From contig JAIXSY010000038.1 of the NCBI GenBank assembly GCA_027484445.1, positions 3,915 to 67,914 of the forward strand: a stretch of DNA of 64,000 bases, read 5' to 3'. A program made the position numbers and the translations under genes. Below are positions 28,012-37,213 of the stretch, one piece after another. This stretch comes from Verrucomicrobiaceae bacterium (GTDB lineage Bacteria > Verrucomicrobiota > Verrucomicrobiia > Verrucomicrobiales > Verrucomicrobiaceae). The notes under the pieces are model-generated. The model did no database searches and was not told the origin of the DNA. It saw nothing but the letters and a program-made list of their open reading frames with translations. The first letter of the stretch is position 1; each line of letters opens with the position of its first letter.

Positions 28012-28620
28012 CTACTTTCCAAAAGACCACATGGTTGCAAGGCTCATCGACCGCAAAAGATGATGCAGCACCGCGAGGCCGGCATGAGCGATCAGATAGG
28101 CCCAGACCAGATTGCCAAGAGCAAGGTGAACGGTCATGGCGAGCATTCCGTCGGGCTCGGCCGAGTGCATCCCAAGCGCGACTTGCACGAAATAGACCGC
28201 TCCCGAGGCGGCCATCGCCGAGATCAGCAGCAGTCCCAGACCGTGAATGGCTGAGGGCAGCGCCGCTTGCGCGTCATGAGAAGGCAGCTGCAGGTGCAGG
28301 GCCGCATCGCCGTGGACCTTGATATCCCGCCAAAGCGCCGCCAGACGTCGCCCCGAAAACCACGGGATCAGGGCGCCAAGCTCTGTCCCTCGGGACCGCA
28401 GCAGGATCGTCAGCCAAAGCCCGAAGGCCAGAACCGTGGCCGCAAGGCCCGAATAGCGGTGAAGCTGAAACAGGGTGTCGCCCGCCTGCACATCGTCCGG
28501 CCCTTGCATGGCAAGGCTGGTCATGAGCTGGCTGATGATGGCAAGCGCCAGCCCGGCGTGAAGCAGCCGGGTCGTCCGGTTGTGCCGGGATTCAGGAAGG
28601 ACGTCAGGATCGCGGGGCAT
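28012..28620 (-). CDS. Cytochrome b561-like membrane protein
   Basis: 3' part of the 586-aa ORF, from the ATG at 28620. Four TM helices with heme-ligand-like His (RLLHAG, LHRYSG, IHGLG, VH/AHA). Confidence 0.82.
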   Translation of the reverse strand: MPRDPDVLPESRHNRTTRLLHAGLALAIISQLMTSLAMQGPDDVQAGDTLFQLHRYSGLAATVLAFGLWLTILLRSRGTELGALIPWFSGRRLAALWRDIKVHGDAALHLQLPSHDAQAALPSAIHGLGLLLISAMAASGAVYFVQVALGMHSAEPDGMLAMTVHLALGNLVWAYLIAHAGLAVLHHLLRSMSLATMWSFGK

Positions 28621-28705
28621 GCTGGGTGGTTCCAATTGTGCGGGCCAGTAATCAAGCCGATACGCACCGTATAAGACGCTGCAACAGCGGCAGCCTTTCG
28701 GCCAG

Positions 28706-28721
28706 ATTACAAATTTGTAAG
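28706..28721. promoter_or_regulatory. Response-regulator box 2
   Basis: ATTACAAATTTGTAAG between the divergent cyt b and MFS genes. Confidence 0.55.
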
Positions 28722-28812
28722 CCGGCGGTGCAGGGCTGCAATTGCGCAGATACGGCAAGGCACCGCATTGTCGGGGCCTATTCCAATGCGCCAAGTGACC
28801 GGAGAAGTGACT

Positions 28813-30009
28813 GTGTTCAAAGCAAACCACAGCAAGATCCCCGCCGGAATCTGGGTCCTGGGCTTTGTCAGCCTTCTGATGGATATCTCGTCCGAGATGA
28901 TCCACAGCCTCTTGCCGTTGTTCATGGTCACGACGCTCGGGGCCAGCGCGCTGATGATCGGTCTGATCGAGGGGCTGGCCGAGGCGACAGCTTTGATCGT
29001 CAAGGTGTTTTCCGGGGTACTCAGCGATTGGTTCGGGCGCCGCAAGGGATTGGCGCTGATCGGATACGGGCTGGGGGCAGCCACCAAGCCGTTGTTCGCA
29101 CAGGCCCCAGGCATTGGCGTCGTGTTGACCGCGCGGTTGCTCGACCGGGTGGGCAAGGGCATTCGCGGCGCGCCGCGCGATGCGCTGGTGGCCGACATCG
29201 CCCCGCCCGAACTGCGCGGTGCCGCCTTTGGGTTGCGTCAGTCGCTGGACACGGTGGGCGCATTTGCTGGGCCACTCTTGGCGGTTGGACTGATGCTGCT
29301 GTGGTCGAACAATTTTCAGACGGTGTTCTGGCTGGCGGTGATCCCCGGCGCCTTGGCCGTCGCCCTGCTGGCTTTCGGCGTGAAGGAGCCCCCGCGACAA
29401 ACCGGGGCGGTCCGGCAAAACCCGATCCGGCGGGATAATCTGGCCCGCCTGCCCGCCGCCTATTGGCAGGTGGTGGGCATTGGCGCTGTCTTTACCCTGG
29501 CCCGATTCAGCGAGGCGTTTCTGGTGCTGCGCGCGCAGCAAAGCGGCATCCCCCTGGCCATGGTGCCGCTGGTCATGGTGGCGATGAACGCGGTCTATGC
29601 CCTGTCGGCCTACCCGTTCGGCAAACTGTCCGACCGGGTCAGCCATGGGTCGCTGCTGATGGGCGGGTTGGCTGTGCTGATCCTGGCCGACCTCATTCTG
29701 GCCAGTTCGGCGCATTGGGCCGTCGTTCTGGCGGGGGTAGCCGTCTGGGGCGTGCATATGGGCATGACGCAAGGGCTACTGGCTGTCATGGTGGCCGATA
29801 CCGCGCCCGCCGATCTGCGCGGCACGGCCTACGGCTTTTTCAACCTTGTCGGCGGCATTGCCTTGTTGGTGGCTAGCCTTGTGGCGGGCGTATTGTGGGA
29901 CGCTCTGGGTGCCTCGTCGACATTTCTGACCGGGGCCTTGTTCAGTGCCGTGGCCTTCTTGATGCTCTACAGGCGCGGCGGAAATCCGCCCGGCCCTCGC
30001 AGCACTTGA
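28813..30009 (+). CDS. MFS transporter
   Basis: GFVSLLMDISSEM, G.LSD.FGRRK, DRVGKGIRGAPRDAL; about 12 TM segments. Start uncertain (GTG after GGAG). Confidence 0.9.
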   Translation: MFKANHSKIPAGIWVLGFVSLLMDISSEMIHSLLPLFMVTTLGASALMIGLIEGLAEATALIVKVFSGVLSDWFGRRKGLALIGYGLGAATKPLFAQAPGIGVVLTARLLDRVGKGIRGAPRDALVADIAPPELRGAAFGLRQSLDTVGAFAGPLLAVGLMLLWSNNFQTVFWLAVIPGALAVALLAFGVKEPPRQTGAVRQNPIRRDNLARLPAAYWQVVGIGAVFTLARFSEAFLVLRAQQSGIPLAMVPLVMVAMNAVYALSAYPFGKLSDRVSHGSLLMGGLAVLILADLILASSAHWAVVLAGVAVWGVHMGMTQGLLAVMVADTAPADLRGTAYGFFNLVGGIALLVASLVAGVLWDALGASSTFLTGALFSAVAFLMLYRRGGNPPGPRST

Positions 30010-30104
30010 GGATGTAAGCGCGCTGAAAGGCCGGTGTAAGACGGCCTCCCCATCTTTCCCTCATCAGGCCGCACCCCCGCGGTCATGATTGACTGGAGAG
30101 ACAC

Positions 30105-30509
30105 ATGAAAACGAAAACTTCCCTGACCATCACCGGCGCGCTTCTGGCGCTGACCCTGATCTCGGGCACCTCGGTCTTTGCCGAAACCCAAGGCAAGGAA
30201 GACCCGATGGCCGAGGCGCAGGCCTTCCTCGCCTCGCCGACCAGCCTGTCGCAGGCGATCACTGCGGCCGAAGCGGCGGCAGGCGGCAAGGTGTCGTCCA
30301 TCGAATACCAGAGCGGCGAAGACGGTGCGCCCGATCTGATCATGGCGGATGTCGTGCTGGCCGATGGCAGCGAGAAGACCGTCGCCATCAACCCGGCCGA
30401 TGGCAAGGTGATGAACGTCACGTTGGCCGAAAACGATCAGCAGGGCGATGAACAGGACGGCGAAAACGGTGGTGACGGTGAGCAGGACGGCGAGAACGCC
30501 AACAACTGA
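30105..30509 (+). CDS. Secreted PepSY-domain protein with acidic tail
   Basis: Signal peptide; SLSQAITAAEAAAGGKV..IE...V.INPADGKVM. Confidence 0.82.
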   Translation: MKTKTSLTITGALLALTLISGTSVFAETQGKEDPMAEAQAFLASPTSLSQAITAAEAAAGGKVSSIEYQSGEDGAPDLIMADVVLADGSEKTVAINPADGKVMNVTLAENDQQGDEQDGENGGDGEQDGENANN

Positions 30510-30528
30510 TCACTGATCCCGCGACAGG

Positions 30529-30564
30529 AAAGGCGGTGCCGCACGGCGCCGCCTTTTGTCTTTT
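30529..30564 (+). terminator. Intrinsic terminator
   Basis: AAAGGCGGTGCC-GCAC-GGCGCCGCCTTT followed by a T-rich tract. Confidence 0.7.
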
Positions 30565-30593
30565 CCTGACTACGGCTGCCAGAAAATTCCGGA

Positions 30594-30609
30594 CTTACAA
30601 AACTGTAAG
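30594..30609. promoter_or_regulatory. Response-regulator box 3
   Basis: CTTACAAAACTGTAAG upstream of the ABC operon. Confidence 0.55.
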
Positions 30610-30697
30610 CTGGGTGAGAGGCACCTGCGGTTTGGGGCGGGCAATGAGGGTTCATCAACACCCTGCCGCAGTGCGCCCCACAAAAGGAACCCCATGA

Positions 30698-31447
30698 ATG
30701 CCAGACCCCATGATCCGGACGAACCGGCTGACCCAGTCCTTTGATGGCGTCATCGCTGTTGACGCCCTGTCGCTGGAGATCGCCAAGGGCGAGATCTTCG
30801 GCTTTCTGGGTCACAACGGCGCAGGCAAGACCACGACGATCCAGATGCTGACCACGCTGGCACGCCCCGCCTCGGGCACGGCAACCATTGCGGGCCACGA
30901 CATCGGCACCGACCCTTTGGCGGTGCGGCGCGCCATCGGCTATGTACCTGAAAACGTACGGCTCTACGATACCCTGACGGCCGCCGAGAACCTGATCTTC
31001 TTTGCCAGCTTGTCGGGTGTCGCGGCCCCCGAGCGCAGGGTGAACCAGGTGCTCGACCTCTTGGACTGCGCCTACCTGGCAGACAAGCGAGTCGGTGGGT
31101 TTTCCAAAGGGATGCGTCAGCGGGTGGGTTTGGCGCAGGCCATTCTGCACCAGCCCGAAGTCCTGTTTCTGGACGAGCCGACGTCGGGCCTTGATCCCAT
31201 GGGCATCAAGATGCTTCGCGATCTGATCCTGCGCCTGAACACCGAGTTCGGGATGACGATTTTCATGAATACCCACCTGATTTCCGAGATCGCCAAGACC
31301 TGCACCAGCATCGCGGTGCTGAGCCATGGCAAGCTGGTCTTCCACGACCGGATCGAGGCCGTGACCGCCCGTTATGGTGACGATGCCGCGTTGGAGGAGC
31401 TTTACCTGTCGCTGACCCCGGTCGGCCGTCTGGCCGAGGTGGCGTGA
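30698..31447 (+). CDS. ABC transporter ATP-binding protein
   Basis: GHNGAGKTT, FSKGMRQR signature, LFLDEPT. Confidence 0.95.
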   Translation: MPDPMIRTNRLTQSFDGVIAVDALSLEIAKGEIFGFLGHNGAGKTTTIQMLTTLARPASGTATIAGHDIGTDPLAVRRAIGYVPENVRLYDTLTAAENLIFFASLSGVAAPERRVNQVLDLLDCAYLADKRVGGFSKGMRQRVGLAQAILHQPEVLFLDEPTSGLDPMGIKMLRDLILRLNTEFGMTIFMNTHLISEIAKTCTSIAVLSHGKLVFHDRIEAVTARYGDDAALEELYLSLTPVGRLAEVA

Positions 31448-32391
31448 TGAGCGGCGCAACCTCTCCCAGCTGGCTGATCGCCCGCCAATCGGCGCGCTTC
31501 GTGCTGCGCGAACGCACGGTGGCGCTGTTGTCGCTGATGTTCGTGGTTCTGGTGCTGATTTCGGCCTGGCTTGGCTGGTCGGCCACCTCGACCGTGAACC
31601 GCATCTATCTGGATGCGGCGGCGTTCCTGAAATCCTCGGGCCAGCCAGTGCCAACCAACCCGGTGCTGGACATCTCGCCCCTGTCACTGATGCGCAACAT
31701 GTCGGTCTATGTGGCCTTGATCGGGGCCCTGTCGGCCATCGTGATCGGCAATCGCCTTGTGGGCCTTGATCGCAAGGCGGGGGTGCTGCCGCTGATCGGC
31801 ATCCGGCCCCTTGGGCGCAGCGCCTATGCGGGCGGCAAGATCGCCGCGCTGGCGGGGCTCACCCTCGGTCTAGCCCTCGTGGCCTCGTTGGTGGCGGTTG
31901 CGACGTTTCTGGTCCTGCCGGCCGTCACGCTGACGGGCCTGCAATGGGCGCAACTGGCCGGGTTCATGGGCGTCACCACGCTTTACATGGGGTTCTTTGG
32001 CCTGATCGGACTGGCCGCCGGGGCCGCAGCGCGGTCGGAAACCGTGGGGCTGCTGCTGCCGGTCACGCTGTGGCTGACGCTGACCTTCATCTTTCCGCAA
32101 CTGACCGCCAACCTGAACCCGACGGCGGCGATCAATCCGGTCTCGGCGCTGGCCCTGCCGCCGGACACCACCTTCTTTCACTGGGCGGCACGCATCCTGG
32201 GGCCATTCTCGCTGGCCGATGCCTACAAGTTCGCCTCGGCGGGGCTGCTGGATTACCTGCCGCAGGGCATCACCTCGCCGTCTTTCATCCCCCCGATCCT
32301 CAACCTGATCCTCGCGGTCGGTGTTGCCTTGGCCTTGGCCTGGCGGGCCTTGGCCCGGCTGTCGATGACGCAAGGAGGCTACAATGTCTGA
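31444..32391 (+). CDS. ABC-2-type permease 1
   Basis: Multi-TM protein, DRKAGVLPLI..RP and GGKI motif, operonic with the ATPase. Confidence 0.82.
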   Translation: MMSGATSPSWLIARQSARFVLRERTVALLSLMFVVLVLISAWLGWSATSTVNRIYLDAAAFLKSSGQPVPTNPVLDISPLSLMRNMSVYVALIGALSAIVIGNRLVGLDRKAGVLPLIGIRPLGRSAYAGGKIAALAGLTLGLALVASLVAVATFLVLPAVTLTGLQWAQLAGFMGVTTLYMGFFGLIGLAAGAAARSETVGLLLPVTLWLTLTFIFPQLTANLNPTAAINPVSALALPPDTTFFHWAARILGPFSLADAYKFASAGLLDYLPQGITSPSFIPPILNLILAVGVALALAWRALARLSMTQGGYNV

Positions 32392-33391
32392 CCTTACCCT
32401 GACCCCCGTCCTCTCGCCTCCGACACCTGTCCGCACCATTGCAGCCAAGGATATCCGCGATGCCCTGCGTGATCGTTTCATCCTGATCGTCACGGGCTTT
32501 CTGGGGCTCGCGGCCTTGGTGGCGCTTGTCACCGGCGCCATCGCCCTGCGCGGCGATGTGGCCACCTACGAGGCGGCAAAGGCCTCCCTGCTGGCGCTTG
32601 GCAAATCTGCCGACGCGATCAAAGCCCCTGAATTCTACCCGCTGCGCCTGTTGCGCGGTGCCATCGAACAGATCGAGATCATCGGGGCCGCCATCGCGAT
32701 CCTGATCGGATACCGCTCCGCTGCCAGCGAGCGGGGTCGCCAGACCCTTTCGCTGATGCTGACGCGCCCGATGCGCCGCTGGCAATTCGTGGCCGGCAAG
32801 GCCCTGGCGGGGATCGGCCTTTTGGCGAGCGGTCTGGCTCTGGTGCTGGGCGGGCTCGCGCTGATCCTGCACCTGATGTCGGGAGTTGGTCTGACGTCGG
32901 ATGACCTCTTGCGCATAGCCATCGTCTGGGGCGTGTCGGTGGCCTATACCGCGTGCTTCTTCCTCGTCAGCTTCATCCTGGCGCTGCACATGAAACAGTC
33001 CAGTCACGCGCTTCTGGTGGCCTTCGCGATCTGGCTGACGCTGGTGCTTGTGGCGCCCCAGATCGGTGACACGCTGGACCCCGACAATCAGGTGGCTGGC
33101 GGCGTGTTCAAGCAACTGAACATCGCCAAGCCCGATCAGGTCGAGATCATGAAGGGTTTCGCCACTTTCGAGACGGTTCGTGACGGCATCGAACAGGCCT
33201 CTGTCACCAAACATTTCGAGCGGTTCACCTTCGCCGTGCTGGGCATCAAAGCCACCTACGCCGGACTGCCGCTCGGCCCCATCCTGATCGAAATGCTGGG
33301 CAACCTGATCTGGATTTTTCTGACCGCCCTCGGGCTTGGCGCGCTGGCGCTGGCCCTTCCTCTCAACCCCGACCGGCTTGCAAAAGCCTGA
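32384..33391 (+). CDS. ABC-2-type permease 2
   Basis: AKDIRD, SERGRQTLSLMLTRP, VAGKA. Confidence 0.85.
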   Translation: MSDLTLTPVLSPPTPVRTIAAKDIRDALRDRFILIVTGFLGLAALVALVTGAIALRGDVATYEAAKASLLALGKSADAIKAPEFYPLRLLRGAIEQIEIIGAAIAILIGYRSAASERGRQTLSLMLTRPMRRWQFVAGKALAGIGLLASGLALVLGGLALILHLMSGVGLTSDDLLRIAIVWGVSVAYTACFFLVSFILALHMKQSSHALLVAFAIWLTLVLVAPQIGDTLDPDNQVAGGVFKQLNIAKPDQVEIMKGFATFETVRDGIEQASVTKHFERFTFAVLGIKATYAGLPLGPILIEMLGNLIWIFLTALGLGALALALPLNPDRLAKA

Positions 33392-33409
33392 CCTCAAAGG
33401 AAACTGAAA

Positions 33410-34042
33410 ATGACCCTGAAGAAGAACATCTCGACGCTTGCCCTTATCTCCATCCTCGGCCTGACGCTGGCCAGCCCCGGGTTTTCGCAGACCACGGGCG
33501 ATATGGATGGTGACGGCGTGCCGGACGCCTCCGAGGTGCTGCTCGGCACCGATCCGATGGTGGCAGACACCGATGGCGACGGGCAGAACGATCTGGCTGA
33601 TGCCGACCCCGCCTTCATGGCGAACCCGATCGACATGACCGGAGCTCCGGCCACTTTCGCGATCAAGGAGGCGCTGGTCGAGAACAACTATGACTATGCC
33701 GCCAAGAAGGACGCGACGGACCACCTTGAACTCCTGGTGACCAACTCGGGCAGCGCGGCCTTGTCCGGCTTCTCGATCTACTACAGCATCACGGACGCCG
33801 ACACCGGCAAGGTCGAAGGCACCTTCCGCAAGCTTGACGGCTTCAGCATCCCCGCTGGTGGCGAGGCGCGGATCCACCTTGATGAGGGCACGGAAGCCGG
33901 GCATTTCCGCGCCAACCCGAACTCGATCTACATCACCAGCCAGGCGGCGAAGACGGTGACCTTCGTTCTGAAGGCCGATGGGCTTGCCCCCGTCAGCGTC
34001 GATGTCGCCAAAGACAAGGGCGGCGCCGAAGCGGCGGACTGA
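33410..34042 (+). CDS. Secreted protein with DxDGDG Ca-binding (thrombospondin-3-like) repeats
   Basis: Signal peptide; DMDGDGVPDASE...TDPMVADTDGDGQND; beta-rich C-terminal domain. Confidence 0.75.
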   Translation: MTLKKNISTLALISILGLTLASPGFSQTTGDMDGDGVPDASEVLLGTDPMVADTDGDGQNDLADADPAFMANPIDMTGAPATFAIKEALVENNYDYAAKKDATDHLELLVTNSGSAALSGFSIYYSITDADTGKVEGTFRKLDGFSIPAGGEARIHLDEGTEAGHFRANPNSIYITSQAAKTVTFVLKADGLAPVSVDVAKDKGGAEAAD

Positions 34043-34088
34043 ACTCAATGTAGTCCCTAGACGGGGACAGAACTCCACGACAAAACGC

Positions 34089-34123
34089 TGTGTATGCGCG
34101 GGGAAATTCCTCGCGCATACACA
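34089..34123. terminator. Strong hairpin after the ABC operon
   Basis: 12-bp perfect stem TGTGTATGCGCG/CGCGCATACACA, extendable into the loop. Confidence 0.5.
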
Positions 34124-34671
34124 CACCTGCAGGCATTCGACGAGAATGAGCAGGTATCTTCGCAATCCTGTCGTCACGGTTGCCGCCGGGATGCGCGCCG
34201 TGAACCATGAAAACAGCAACGTCGACGGCAGCGGCATTGATCATGATTGCCTGACGGGCGGAGCCACAGATGGGATGGCGGTGTTTGGCAGGCCTGCTCC
34301 CCTCCAGTCGGGGGACTTCTCGGCTCGGATCTTGATGTCGGGCTATTCGACCTTGCTGTCAGCGCCTTTTGAGGCCGCCTGACCGTTTCGGACGGCAACG
34401 GTACTGTCACAAGGCACGAGGCGGGCGAACTTTCGCGCTCTGCTCTCTGGTGATCCTTTACCCAGGTCAAACCGACGCGGGTGCGCCGACGCTACGTTTC
34501 AATTTCTCCAGATTGGCTTGATTGCCCGATGCCCCGAACAATCCAAGTCCTTGCCGGATACGCGACACCAATCGGCGCACCTGCAAGGGATCAGTCGCCT
34601 GCTTCCGTCGGCCGAGTCTGACCCGACACCATGTGTTGCGGCCTCGCCTGATGCGACGAGGCCGCCTCAGA

Positions 34672-36144
34672 TCAGGCCGAAACGGCGAACTCGGTCATCA
34701 TGCCAGTCGCAAGATGCGCCATGTGGTGGCAATGCAGCATCCAACGCGCCGCCTCGCCCGCATCCACCGCGACTGTGACCATGTTCATCGGAGGCACATG
34801 AACCGTGTCGCGGACGGCACCGGCAATCCGGTCCATGCCGACCCCCACGACCTGAAAACCGTGGCCGTGAAGGTGCATCGGATGGGCCATCATCGACATA
34901 TTGTGGAAGGTGATCTCGACCCGGTCGCCCGATCTGGCGGTGACCGGCTCGTGATCAGCCCAGGTCTTGCCGTTGATCGTCCAGACATAGGGCATCATCG
35001 ACCCGCCAAGCATCAGCATTGGCGAGGAAACCGGCTTTCGGTCGGGAAGCGGCGTGAGGGCGCGCAGGGAGGCTTCCTGCCGCAGATCGGAGCTGAAGGT
35101 CGGATGATCCGCCTCGGACATCTCGGCAACCTTTGCGACCTGCGCGCCCTTTGTTGCGAGGATGATCCCCGTCCGTTCGCGCGCGCCCTCGCGCAGAGCC
35201 AGGATCGGGAAGGCACCGCCTTCGGCAGGCAGGTCCACCTCGATGTCCAGACGCTGCCCCATCGCCAGACCGAACCGGCTGCCGGAAACCGGCTGCACCG
35301 GCTCGCCGTCGACGGCGACAAGGCGCGCCGTCAGCGCTCCGGCGTCGATCCAGAAGACTGTCGCGGCGGCGGCGTTGATCACCCGCAACAGGGCCCGACC
35401 GCCCTTGTCGATCTGAACCACCTCGGGGTCGGCCAGTGTCCGGTCATTGGCCAGATAGGCGTCGAAAGCGAAATCGTTCAGATCCATCGCCATTCCCCCC
35501 ATGCCCGACATGTCCCCGTGGGCCATGCCGTTCATGTTGCCCATGTCCATGCCCTGCATGGCGGTCCCGCCGATCTTGCCGTGGTCCATGCCGGCCATCG
35601 CATTGCCTCCGGTGATCTCGGCCAGAACCTCGGACGGTGCCCGGAACGAGAAGTCATGGAGGAACAGCGTCACCTCCTGACGGTCGGCGGCAACGTCTTC
35701 GGGGCGGCGCACGATCAAAGGTGCGGCCAGCAGACGCATTTCGTGTTCGGGGATATGGGCATGCATCCAATGCGTCCCGGGACGCGGCGCGAAGTCATAG
35801 GCGCGGGCCTCGCCGGGCTTCAGCATGGGCATCGGCATGTGTGGCACACCGTCCAGCGCGTTGGGAGGGATTTGCCCGTGCCAGTGGATCAGCGTCGGCT
35901 GGTCAAGCTGGTTGGTCAGATCAACCGCGAAATTCTGACCGGGCTCCAGAACCAGGCCGAGCCGGTCGTTCGGGCCCAACAGCCCCCAGACCGTCGCAGC
36001 CCTGCCGTTCACCTCGATCGTGCGGGTGGTGGCGCGCAAGGCGACGCGCGAGGATTGAGCCCGGGCCGTGGCGGGCAGCATCAGCGAAGCGGACAGGGCC
36101 GCAGAAGCGGCAAGAAAGCCGCGGCGGGTAAAATCAGGCGACAT
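34672..36144 (-). CDS. Tat-exported multicopper oxidase
   Basis: TRRGFL Tat motif; HWHG, WMHAH, HPMHLHGH and HCHHMAHLATGM copper sites; Met-rich insert. Confidence 0.95.
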   Translation of the reverse strand: MSPDFTRRGFLAASAALSASLMLPATARAQSSRVALRATTRTIEVNGRAATVWGLLGPNDRLGLVLEPGQNFAVDLTNQLDQPTLIHWHGQIPPNALDGVPHMPMPMLKPGEARAYDFAPRPGTHWMHAHIPEHEMRLLAAPLIVRRPEDVAADRQEVTLFLHDFSFRAPSEVLAEITGGNAMAGMDHGKIGGTAMQGMDMGNMNGMAHGDMSGMGGMAMDLNDFAFDAYLANDRTLADPEVVQIDKGGRALLRVINAAAATVFWIDAGALTARLVAVDGEPVQPVSGSRFGLAMGQRLDIEVDLPAEGGAFPILALREGARERTGIILATKGAQVAKVAEMSEADHPTFSSDLRQEASLRALTPLPDRKPVSSPMLMLGGSMMPYVWTINGKTWADHEPVTARSGDRVEITFHNMSMMAHPMHLHGHGFQVVGVGMDRIAGAVRDTVHVPPMNMVTVAVDAGEAARWMLHCHHMAHLATGMMTEFAVSA

Positions 36145-36194
36145 GTGGATCTCCGTGGTCGCGAATGTCAGGACAAGGGGCAAAGCCCCGGTTC

Positions 36195-36527
36195 TCAACC
36201 TGCGACGGCTTTCGGAGGTGGCCCGCTCGGCGTCGGGCCACGTGACAGCGGCACCCTGCCGAGTGCCGGTTTCAGTCGGACCGCAGGACTGATATCCCGC
36301 AAAGGCGCGGCCAGAACAGGCAGGATCGCCAGAAGGGCAAGACAATGCTGCATGCAATACCCCGCCGCCGCCTTGGCCTTGCCACCATCCATTTCCGCCG
36401 GGGACATGGACATCATCGAGGCATGCAGCGCCATGGTCCGGGCGCCGGCCATGGAAGGTTGCGGCGTGGAGCCATAGAACACGGCCACGACAAGCAGGAT
36501 GCGCGAAAGGACGATCCAGAACCTCAT
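36195..36527 (-). CDS. Small metal-binding protein upstream of the MCO (DUF2946/CopL-like)
   Basis: Hydrophobic N-terminus, Met-rich stretch, CMQHC, C-terminal GPPP. Confidence 0.55.
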   Translation of the reverse strand: MRFWIVLSRILLVVAVFYGSTPQPSMAGARTMALHASMMSMSPAEMDGGKAKAAAGYCMQHCLALLAILPVLAAPLRDISPAVRLKPALGRVPLSRGPTPSGPPPKAVAG

Positions 36528-36682
36528 GCGGTCGCCGTAGCAGGTTGCGACCTGACTGTCATTTGACAAATCCGTTGCCCCGACTGTGCCAGAAGCGGCA
36601 ACGGTGCTCAAACCTATACCTCAGGGAGCGAACCACAATCCCGGCAGCCGGAACGGGCCAGCGTAAGCCTGGATCGGGCCGC

Positions 36683-37117
36683 TTAGCCGTGGTCGGCAAG
36701 CGCCCCGTGTTCATGCGCGCATTGAGAGTGATCGCCCAGCACTTCGATCACGCGACAGTCGGAAATCGTGCCGCAGGCGCATTGGTCAACCATCCGCTCC
36801 AGTTCCGCCTCCAGCGCACGCAACCGGTTGATCCTGGCCTTTGTAGCCGCCAGTTGCGACTTGGCGATGGCATCGGCCGCCGCACAGGACTGGTCGGGGC
36901 GATCCGACAGGCTGAGAAGATCGCGGATCGCGTCCAGAGGGAACCCCAACTCGCGCGCATGTCGGACAAAGGCCAGCCGGTTCAGTGTTGCATTCGGGTA
37001 AAGCCGCTGGTTGCCAGAGCTGCGGTCCGGTTCCGGCAAAAGGCCGATCTGTTCGTAATAGCGAATCGTCGGCACCTTCACCCCGGCCGCGAGCCCAAGT
37101 TTTCCGATGGTCAGCAT
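36683..37117 (-). CDS. MerR-family metal-responsive regulator (CadR/PbrR/ZntR-like)
   Basis: LTIGKL..AAGV...TIRYYEQIGLL; Cys in DQSC and C-terminal QCACGTISDCRVI. Confidence 0.92.
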   Translation of the reverse strand: MLTIGKLGLAAGVKVPTIRYYEQIGLLPEPDRSSGNQRLYPNATLNRLAFVRHARELGFPLDAIRDLLSLSDRPDQSCAAADAIAKSQLAATKARINRLRALEAELERMVDQCACGTISDCRVIEVLGDHSQCAHEHGALADHG

Positions 37118-37128
37118 CAAAAACCCTC

Positions 37129-37159
37129 TTGATCCTCTAGTTGCTAGAGACATTAGGTT
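37129..37159 (+). promoter_or_regulatory. MerR-type promoter/operator 1
   Basis: TTGATC-19 bp-TAGGTT, with the palindrome CTCTAG-TTG-CTAGAG in the spacer. Confidence 0.8.
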
Positions 37160-37213
37160 CCTGATTCGATGGCGGCAAGCCCTGCACGGGAATGCCCAAG
37201 GAAGGGGGCCGGA

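Noticed and set aside
28621-29772. N-terminal 384 aa of the 586-aa minus-strand ORF
   Set aside because: Overlaps the MFS gene on the other strand; only the 3' 202 aa (cytochrome b561-like) are credible.
32300-34237. 645-aa minus-strand ORF, and similar long shadows at 34522-36477, 528-2060 and 19874-21226
   Set aside because: Each lies opposite a well-supported gene and has no family motifs.
36557-36568. Palindrome TGTCA-TT-TGACA upstream of the MCO cluster
   Set aside because: Short, single copy, no regulator assignable; could be chance.
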